DNA from: Eledone cirrhosa
Taxonomy: Eukaryota
Assembly (NCBI GenBank): GCA_964016885.1
Contig: OZ024744.1
Span: 96,100,001 to 96,164,000 of the forward strand
Reading direction: 5' to 3'
DNA: 64,000 nt
Shown here piece after piece: positions 53,246-64,000 of this stretch (positions are counted from its first letter, which is position 1; every line of letters starts with the position of its first letter). Below the pieces are notes generated by a model that saw only the letters and a list, made by a program, of their open reading frames with translations, made no database searches and was not told the DNA's origin. Both the position numbers and the translations under genes were made by a program.

Positions 53246-53591
53246 CTTATCTCTGAAAATGTCGACCACATGTTATGTACTGTACCCACTTCACGCCAAA
53301 CATGGAATGAATCTATAAACAGATATCTTGAAACACATCTTCCAATTGGGTGGGTGGATGGGTGGGTGGGTGGTGGTGGTGGTGGAGAATCAATCTAATC
53401 TTGTTTCCTTCAACAGACACACACACACACACAAAAAACACACAATCACCATTACAAATATCAAGAACAAAAACATCACATTTCATTCCACCACTACCAC
53501 CACTTCCTAAAGCGTGAATAGGGCTTACTCCTGGAACCCTAAAGGCCACTACGAATGCTACGACACTAAAATCCCCAAATATCAAAGACTA

Positions 53592-53730
53592 CATCATCAT
53601 CATCGTCATCATCGTCATCATCGTCGTCGTCATCATCGTCGTCGCCACCACCACCACCACCACCACCACCACCACCACCACCACCACCACCACCACCACC
53701 ACCACCACCACCACCACCACCACCACCCTC

Positions 53731-53768
<38 letters not shown>

Positions 53769-53862
53769 CTTCTTCTTCTTCTTCTTCTTCTTCTTCTTCT
53801 TCTTCTTCTTCTTCTTCTTCTTCTTCTCCTCCTCCTCCTCCTCCTCCTCCTCCTCCTCCTCC
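53592..53862. repeat. Compound trinucleotide microsatellite (CAT/CGT)(CAC)(GTT)(CTT)(CCT)
   Basis: Directly visible. Confidence 0.95.
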
Positions 53863-53947
53863 ATCTGATCAAGCTGGATCCCCAAACGGGACCATCCGGG
53901 CTCATGGATGTTATCCAACCGTCTTGCTTGGGGTAAACACCTTGGGT

Positions 53948-55560
53948 AGTTACTGGACTAGGGTTAATAGACCAAATAATTTTGACATAACTATGGGGTC
54001 AAGCGACTCTGCTCGGATTACTGACTTTGTCGGAATTTACCTTCTACATAAGCTTCAGGAGGAATTTCCACATCTACAAGGCGGTTTACATAGAGACGAT
54101 GCGCTTTTTACAGAAGATAACTCTAACACACGTAGAATAGAGATTCTTAAAAAAACAGTTACATAAATTCTTTAAAACCTTTGGTCTTTCAATCACTATT
54201 GAACCTAACTATAAAGTTGTTAACTTTCTAGATGCCACTTTAGACCTCAATACAGGATTATACCGCCATTATCATAAACCTGGTGAGATATTTAACATAT
54301 ATTAATTGCCTCTCAAACCACCCCCTTCTTTTTTTAAATCTATCGTAAAATCTCTAGGCTGTCAGCAAATGAGAATATGTTTAATGGTAACGCCTGGTAC
54401 TACAATGAAGCTCTATCTAAATCAGGCCATAAGGATAATATTTATTATCTTCTGTTCCACCCACCCAACAATTATATAATAATAATGTAATCACACATAA
54501 TAGTACCTTAAAAAAATTATGGAAATCGTCATCCTAATACTAACGGCTTACTTCCTACTCCTAACAATAAATTTAGAATGAACTCTAATAGAAAACCCAA
54601 CCAGATACTTCACTATAATACTAAGAACTCATCTACCCCTACCTTCAAAAATTTAAAGAATAATCTTAACTTGCTCATAAGCAGTTCTAATAACCATAGT
54701 GCCATGCGCCATAAGAGGTATTGTAATGTATCCCGGCTAAACCCTCCCTTATCGATTAATGAAGCTTCTAACCTCCCTAGAATGTTCTTCTCTATCCTGC
54801 GGAACAATTTCCCTCCTGACTACACATACTATAAACTTTTTAACAAAAATAATGTTAAGATTTCTTTCTCTACCACCCCCAACTTGGTTGACTACATTGC
54901 CTTTAGTAACCATAAGAAATTGAATAAACACTAGGCATCCCTATCTAATGATATACTTCTACCTAACAATAATCTACATATGGATATTTCTAACTATAAC
55001 ACTATTCATCCTAACTCTATTATCTCCTCACCTGTATCTCTTAGTTTACACCTACGCCTAAACTACTGTTAACCGTAATTGTAATTGCAGAAAACCTAGC
55101 AATTGATCCCTTAACGGGTAATGGCTTACTAATAATGTAATTTATAGATGCACTATTAAAAGCTCTAATGACACTAAAACTTACATTGGTGCTACTGCTA
55201 ACCCTTTCAAGACATGATTTAATTATCATACACATTTTTTTTAGAAATAGTAGCTTAAAATCCTCGACTTCTCTAGCTAAGAATGTAAAAACTTTTAAAC
55301 TTTCTAATATTGAATACTCTCTTGTTTGGGATATTTTAGCTAAATCTCCCCCATACAAGGGAATTAAGGGTCACTGACTTAAGGGCTCTGATGAGAATAC
55401 TAAATCACACATTTATTTTTACTGTAATGATATCGATTTTTAATCGGTATTCATATCATCTATGTGCATATCCAGGATTTAGTGTTTGAAACAAATTGTC
55501 AGCCATTAAAAAAATATATGTATTCATAAATCATGATTGTTCTCTCCAGCATTTTATTTA
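53948..55560 (+). mobile_element. Decayed, 5'-truncated Penelope-like element (RT plus GIY-YIG), probably Naiad-type
   Basis: FDITMGSSDSARITDFVGIY, GLHRDDAL, VNFLDATLDL, VKISFSTTPN, VIYRC..YIGATANPFK; multiple stops and frameshifts; HHR at the 3' end. Confidence 0.85.
55384..55504 (+). ncRNA. Type I hammerhead ribozyme with extended stem II
   Basis: ggct CTGATGA gaatactaaatc [~70 nt] gatttagtgttt GAAA caaattg TC agcc. Stem II is 12 bp including G-U pairs; GUC cleavage after 55500. Confidence 0.8.
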
Positions 55561-55834
55561 TGATATATATATATATTATTCAAGTAAAGAAATATTGATT
55601 GATCAAATAATCTACGGAATGGAGTTGTAAACAGACGTAAAGCTCTCTACGACTTATGTTCCTTATGAATAAGGTATTAAACGGAGTGTCAATATTATAA
55701 AGAAGAGAGATGGTTTTGAATGTATAGCTTCTGTTTATTGTATAGTCCTGTTATACGTATTTAAAATATATCAAAGTAATTGCATAATGACCCATTGACG
55801 TGTTTTCATCAGGCTTATAAATATAGTATATATA

Positions 55835-56658
<824 letters not shown>

Positions 56659-56678
56659 TATATATATACATATATATA

Positions 56679-56774
<96 letters not shown>

Positions 56775-57319
56775 GTATATATATATACATATATATATAT
56801 ATCTATTTATATATATATATAAATATATATTAAGGGTGAAAGCAACGATTCTTTGCTTAAACTTTAATCTGTTATTTTAATAAATATATATATATATAAT
56901 AACTAGAGATAATTTTTACAAGTGTGTAACCACACATAGCTAGGTAGGTAACTAAATAAAGTTGACCAGAACTTCAAAAATAGATACCTTCTAATATGAT
57001 TAATCTTCCCTGTATATATTCCATTAAAGAAATATATTACACCAATTAATCAGATGGTAAACCACGGAAGTGGAGACTTGGATTTTCAACAAGGAAGAAG
57101 TGAGTGAATTTGTCACTACTTTAAAACAATAGCTTACGGTCTTCAAAATGCTTTTAATTAAGCATAAAGTGTATTGCAAAATACATTATATTTACATCCA
57201 TATATATATTGCTATTTCAGAGCTACAATTCTAATTTTTAATTTCTGCCTGACCAACAACCGCTCTGCATAATCAGCTCCTGATTATTTACTAGATTTCT
57301 ATAAGAATATAACATCATT

Positions 57320-57413
57320 GATCTCAGCAGACGGGCGGGGTAGTTGGCCTTGATAAGCTTCAACAAAAGCGAAACATGTCATGTCGGCTTATCTCCTCCT
57401 GTTTGCTGAGATC
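57320..57413 (+). ncRNA. Type I hammerhead ribozyme, U3-A8 core variant, copy 1
   Basis: gatctcagcagacgggcggggtagttggcc TTGATAA gctt-caacaa-aagc GAAA cat-gtc-atg TC ggcttatctcctcctgtttgctgagatc; GUC cleavage after 57385. Confidence 0.85.
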
Positions 57414-57636
57414 GAAGTGAGTGAATTTGTCACTACTTTAAAACAATAGCTTACGGTCTTCAAAATGCTTTTAATTAAGCATAAAGTGTATTGCAAAATA
57501 CATTATATTTACATCCATATATATATTGCTATTTCAGAGCTACAATTCTAATTTTTAATTTCTGCCTGACCAACAACCGCTCTGCATAATCAGCTCCTGA
57601 TTATTTACTAGATTTCTATAAGAATATAACATCATT

Positions 57637-57730
57637 GATCTCAGCAGACGGGCGGGGTAGTTGGCCTTGATAAGCTTCAACAAAAGCGAAACATGTCATG
57701 TCGGCTTATCTCCTCCTGTTTGCTGAGATC
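57637..57730 (+). ncRNA. Type I hammerhead ribozyme, U3-A8 core variant, copy 2
   Basis: Same sequence as 57320-57413; cleavage after 57702. Confidence 0.85.
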
Positions 57731-57867
57731 GAAGTGAGTGAATTTGTGACTACTTTAAAACAATAGCTTACGGTCTTCAAAATGCTTTTAATTAAGCATA
57801 AAGTGTATTGCAAAATACATTATATTTACATCCATATATATATTGCTATTTCAGAGCTACAATTCTA

Positions 57868-57947
<80 letters not shown>

Positions 57948-57953
<6 letters not shown>

Positions 57954-58083
57954 TAAAATAACAGATAAAGTTTAAGCAAAGAATCGCTGCTTTCACCCTT
58001 AATAAATATTTCCTCCACGGTTCTCATATATATTTATCCTTATCGAGCCCTCTTTGGATTTCAGTCTTCAAATTTATTATTAT

Positions 58084-58088
<5 letters not shown>
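57948..58088. repeat. ~140-bp element flanked on both sides by (TA)n
   Basis: Shares modules with 340-442, 56114-56330 and (inverted) 56830-56885. Confidence 0.75.
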
Positions 58089-58171
<83 letters not shown>

Positions 58172-58174
<3 letters not shown>

Positions 58175-61091
58175 TAAATATACACGGGTGTGTATGATTG
58201 TTTATAGAAGATTATATTAATAAAAGGAATCCCAACTTTGTCTGATTTACTCGTTTTATTTACAAGCCTTTAAAATTTATAATGGTATTAGAATGAAATA
58301 GTATGGTAAAATATTAAATGTTAAGTGTTAATTGAACAAGTACTTTCATGCTTTCGCAATCTTCAGGTTTTATTGTGTGGTGACAGTCAAGTTTGCAATT
58401 TTCACCTGAAAACACAGGTAAGCATTAAGAGAAGGATTTTATCCAGGTATTTACGACCGTTTCATTGGTAAATGCAGCCTTATATTGCTATACTGCAAAT
58501 AGCAGCCACTCAATTATAATTGTTGTTCACGTCCAAATTTTCAAAATAGTGAGTAAGTTACTCTTGAACTAGTTCTTAATATATAGAGAAAAACATTTTT
58601 TGGAATTGTATTTACTAGTATAAAGAGAGAGGAAGAGGAATTAGAAGGTGAGGGGACAAACGGAATAGTATAGAGAGAGAGGAAGGGGGAGAAGAGTTAG
58701 GAAGTAGAGTGACAAACTGAGATGGAGGGAGGGGTAGAGGTGGAAGGATTCCTGATCAGTTTTGATATGTAGACTTGATGTCGTCGAATGTAGTGAGTTA
58801 AAGATAATTAAATTGATCATAGTGGGAGGGATGGAGAGAGAGAGAGAGAGGCAGAGAGGGGGGAACAAAGAGATAAATATATATATAAAATATAAAGATA
58901 AAGATAATAATGACAAAAATAAAAGCAAAGAAGGGGGGAGAAAGAAGAACAGAAAACATAGCCAAAAAGGGGAGGGAAGGAAGGAAGAAAACGAAGAAAT
59001 AGAAGAGGAATGAAGGAGAAGGGAGGGATATAGGTATTGGTTTTTGTGGGTAATTAAAAGGGTTTAGATACAATAAGAGGGTATAAAGTCTAAGTATATG
59101 CAGTTTGTCAGTTGGTAGTAAGAGGTTGAGGGATCGATATGCACTTGTAGTGCGAAAACTTTTCTTTGAGTCTATGGTTACAATAAATTGATCTTTCGAT
59201 TTTATTGTTGAGTAACTTATTCTTCTAACTCAAAATGTGGAACAGCTCAAGGTCACATAATCGACAGCTTCTCATACCACTCCGATATGGGGCGCGTTCG
59301 ATAATTTTTTCCACTTCAGGGTGTATTGATGGTTACTTTCCCTCAGTTGCCAGGTCTTGTTTGCAAGGGTAGTTACATAACGTTGCTGGGAATGTTTCAT
59401 TGCGTAACGGTGTGTATACCAACGGGCTTTAAATGTATTCCCAGTCGCTCCGATGTAATACCATTTTCTGGATATCTGATTCCACTGTGTATTGGTAAAC
59501 CAGGTTAGACTGCATATATTCATTATGTAATGGACAGGTTGCAGGTAGGTGGCAGTTACAATTCTTGTCATGGGCAACTTTGGCATTATTGGTGGGCTGC
59601 GATGCCTGTACAAGTGTGTTACGTTTTGTTTGCCTATTAGTGGGTGGTTGTGTATTAGATATTTTGTTGTGTTCAATGGTGATTTTATTGTTATTGTTGT
59701 AAATTTGTGGTCTGGTGTTGTTATGTATCTTTTTAGCGTTAAGCATCTTAATGTGTGCCTCTATATTTGGTGCCGTGGAGTAAGATAGTCTAATAGATTT
59801 AGTGTTAAGGATTTTGCTGTATCTATGTGAATCTGGAAAGTGCTTATTTATTATTCTAAAGAAGGTAGAGGGTAGGTTAGTACTAATAGGGGTGTTAAAT
59901 ATGGGGTTATACCAAATATATTTTCTACTGCGCGACTTGTTTGATTTCGATGTTGTATTTCTATTTATCGTATACTTTGTAGCTCTATGCGTAAGTGAGT
60001 GTGTGTGTGTGTTTCTGGAGTTTGTGTTATGCGTGTTCGTGTGCGCTTTGCGGAGGCTTTCATCTATATATTCTACTCTATCTAAGTGGCCTGCCTTGTC
60101 TAATGCGGTATTGTAGTATTCTGCATGTTCCTCGAAGATTTGTCGGTTAGACGAGAGGCTGGAGATCCTAAGAGGTATGCTGCGTGGAATGGATTTAATT
60201 ATGGGTAGTGGGTGGTTTGAGTTACAGTTGATGTATGCTAAGTTTTCATTAATCTTGTGAAAAGGTCTTATAAGTCCCGTATTTAGGTTAAGCGTCGCGT
60301 CTAGAAAGTTAACTGTTTTAGTGATATACTCATACGTTATGCTAAGGCCTAGTTTCCCGAGAGCCTTTCTAATATTCCTGCGGAGTCTTTTTATGCTCTG
60401 GTTATTTAGGTTCTTAACTAGGAGAAGGGCGTCGTCTCTGTCGATACCACCGTGAAGGTCGCTAAACTCACTCTGTAAACTATGGGCTATGTAAATACCT
60501 ACTCAATCTGTGACTTGAGCCGAGTCGTTAGCCCCCATTGTGATGTCAAAGTTATTCAATCTATCCTTACGTTCCCAATAGGCGTTTTCAAATTTAATTA
60601 TTGTTTTCCTAGCAGCTAATATGATTTTTATCTCGTCGTCTGTTAGGTCAGAATTGGCTTTGGTGAATGCTAAAGCTTTATCCAAGGTGTTGGGGGATAA
60701 AGAAGAGTAATAGTCGTTAATGTCAAATTGTATAAATTTAGATACTTTTTTGTTAGCTATATTGTTAAACCACTTAATTGTTTCGGTAGCGTTACCCCAT
60801 AGTTTAATCACTAGTTTATTCTTCATTTGTGCTATCACTCTGTCTAATATATGTTTACTAATTTTCCCGATGTCCGATACTAGTAAATACAATTCCAAAA
60901 AGATGTTTTTCTCTATATATTAAGAACTATTTCAAGAGTAACTTACTCACTATTTTGAAAATTTGGACGTGAACAACAATTATAATTGAGTGGCTGCTAT
61001 TTGCAGTATAGCAATATGAGGTTGCACTTACCAATGAAATGGTCGTAAATACCTGGATAAAATCCTTCTCTTAATGCTTACCTGTGTTTTC
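58172..61091 (-). mobile_element. Decayed Penelope-like element with inverted pseudo-LTR at its truncated 5' end
   Basis: RT FIQFDINDYYSS, FDITMGANDSAQVTD, GGIDRDDALL; CNC..CPL; GIY-YIG YIGATGNTFKARW; CRLCDLE. Inverted repeat 58408-58621 / 60877-61091. Left boundary approximate. Confidence 0.85.
58335..58369 (-). ncRNA. Minimal type I hammerhead ribozyme in the PLE 3' region
   Basis: Minus strand aac CTGAAGA t-tgc-gaaa-gca-t GAAA gtac TT gtt; palindromic stem III AGTACT; stem I only 3 bp. Confidence 0.7.
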
Positions 61092-61229
61092 TCTTTTATA
61101 CTTTATATTCCAAGATTGAAAGGAATTCTTACAAAATTGTGGAGTTACCCCTAACCGTACGTTGAAACCGTCCATGAAGCTGGCTTTCTTAACCATGAAC
61201 TGGATCACAATAAGCAATTTTCTGCTTCC

Positions 61230-61272
<43 letters not shown>

Positions 61273-61273
<1 letters not shown>

Positions 61274-61972
61274 TGTCAGTCTTGAACAAATGAGCAACGA
61301 TGGTTGCTAGACACTGTACGGCTTAATACAGGATGTTTGTTTACAAACACACCGAGCATTATAATAAATGTTAGGTGAATCCATACGTACATATATATAT
61401 GTGTACATGTATGTATATATATATACATACATACTACTGTACGTCTGTATACATATATATATATGTACGTGTACATACTTATATTTAAGTAACAGCCGTA
61501 CTAAGAGTGAGAAATGAAATTTCGTTTCATTTTTTCCGTTTATCGTTTTCGGTACCCCGGCTGATTAACTCACTCGATATGCAAATTAGGCTGCTCAGCC
61601 GTTAATATGCATAAGGAAAGTATATACTTTCAGACGTTCAATCATCTGGCAGGAAGGTATACGTTGCTGACGATAGCTAATAAGCTTGAAACTAGTACAG
61701 CGTTCCTTTGTCAGTGTTGAACAAATGAGCAACGTTGGTTGCTAGACACTGTACGGCTTAATACAGGATGTTTGTTTACAAACACACCGAGCATTATAAT
61801 AAATGTTCGGTGAATCCATACGTACATATATATATATGTGTGCATGTATGTATATATATATACATACTACTGTACGTCTGTATACATATATGTATGTACG
61901 TATACATACTTATATTTAAGTATCAGCCGTACTAAGAGTGAGAAATGAAATTTCGTTTCATTTTTACCGTTT
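61273..61972 (+). mobile_element. 435-bp partial tandem (1.6 copies) with a hammerhead at the junction; retrozyme- or pLTR-like
   Basis: 61273-61541 is repeated at 61708-61972; preceded by (TA)n. Confidence 0.75.
61661..61703 (+). ncRNA. Minimal type I hammerhead ribozyme
   Basis: acgttg CTGACGA t-agct-aata-agct-t GAAA ctag TA cagcgt. Stem I is 6 bp, stem III is palindromic (ACTAGT), GUA cleavage after 61697. Confidence 0.8.
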
Positions 61973-61973
61973 T

Positions 61974-63035
<1,062 letters not shown>

Positions 63036-63079
63036 TATGAAAGTAAAGCAAAGAAGCCTTCAATACATCAAAAGTCTTT

Positions 63080-63126
63080 ATTAGCCAACAATGTTTCGTC
63101 CTATTAAGGACTCATCAGGGCAATTA
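63080..63126 (-). ncRNA. Minimal type I hammerhead ribozyme
   Basis: Minus strand attgcc CTGATGA gtcc-ttaata-ggac GAAA cattg TT ggctaat. Confidence 0.75.
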
Positions 63127-64000
63127 AAACAACAAGAAGTATTATCGGCCAATACAAGCCGGAAACTCCGAAGAATATGGAGTGTACATACACTAAAGTA
63201 TTGCAAGATTATGGGTAAAAATATATAATAAAAATATATAATAAAAATTACTAAGGAGGTGTATAACATTAAGAACCATATTACAAATATAGTCCAAAGC
63301 AAAAAAACCCTAGAGCTAAACAAAGGTGGTTATATAGAGCAGGAATTATATATAATACAATGTAATATAATATAATATACCTTTACCAATATTAAAATTA
63401 CAATAAAAATCAAAAGGTACAATATACATATGTATATATGTACGCACACGTACGCACACATACACATACATCAATACACATATCCATCTTCAACTGCACA
63501 AATTAAACCTTATTAAGAGTTTAAATATAAATAAGCATGATAGGAATAAAAAAAAAAAAAATAATAATAATACATATACCCAATATACATGAGGTAATAA
63601 TATGATATTATTATAAGTAGCACATATAATATATAATAAACTATACAATTATATACTATATAATATAATATAATAGAATAGATAATCTCCGGTTAATTTA
63701 CACAAACAATATAGATGTCACAATAATACTATAATAATAATATACTAACATTTATAATATACAATATATAATGGCATTCAAGTTAACAAATCAATTCATA
63801 TAGAGTTACAGAGTAGGTGAGGAAAAATAAATTGTACAATACCCCAAAATTATGATGGTACAAAAATATAAACATCTTACATGATATATAAAGTTTAACA
63901 TATCATAATGTTACATATAATTAACGCTAAGTAATAAGGATCGATATTGCAATAACAAATACAATATAATATAATATAAAATAATTAACATAATATAATA

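Larger units (their letters stand above)
57097..57874 (+). mobile_element. 317-bp tandem array (2.45 copies) carrying hammerhead ribozymes; retrozyme-like
   Basis: gaagtgagtgaatttg at 57097, 57414 and 57731; no ORF; ends in (TA)n. Confidence 0.85.

Noticed and set aside
53230-53262. CTGATGA in the SINE tail as a hammerhead
   Set aside because: No convincing stem II, stem III or stem I.
53514-53936. Poly-His/Val/Leu ORFs and all IYIY/ERER ORFs
   Set aside because: Microsatellite translations.
55790-55816. Minus-strand CTGATGA
   Set aside because: No matching stem II partner plus GAAA found.
60503-60505. In-frame TGA in the PLE RT as selenocysteine
   Set aside because: The position is hydrophobic (F in the other PLE), not Cys; probably a nonsense mutation.

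Overview
Repeat-saturated animal genomic DNA with no host protein-coding gene that I can support. The SINE families and (TA)n density look like an octopus-type cephalopod; that is pattern recall, not a database result. 2.3-41.2 kb is a G/T-rich, almost C-free 26-bp satellite with a ~3.67-kb higher-order repeat. It is punctuated by five copies of a ~1.0-1.15-kb SINE-containing cassette and followed by a 36-bp G-quadruplex minisatellite (42.4-44.6 kb). A near full-length Tx1/L1-clade LINE (intact ORF2, frameshifted ORF1) sits inside a (GATA)n tract, followed by two decayed Penelope-like elements (PLEs). The main hidden signal is RNA: eight type I hammerhead ribozyme (HHR) motifs, one truncated and one degenerate. 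Two identical HHRs with the non-canonical U3-A8 core lie in a 317-bp non-coding tandem array, a retrozyme-like candidate circular-RNA system. A separate 435-bp partial tandem carries another HHR, and two HHRs have very large stem II insertions. Most short ORFs in the track are microsatellite or SINE artefacts.
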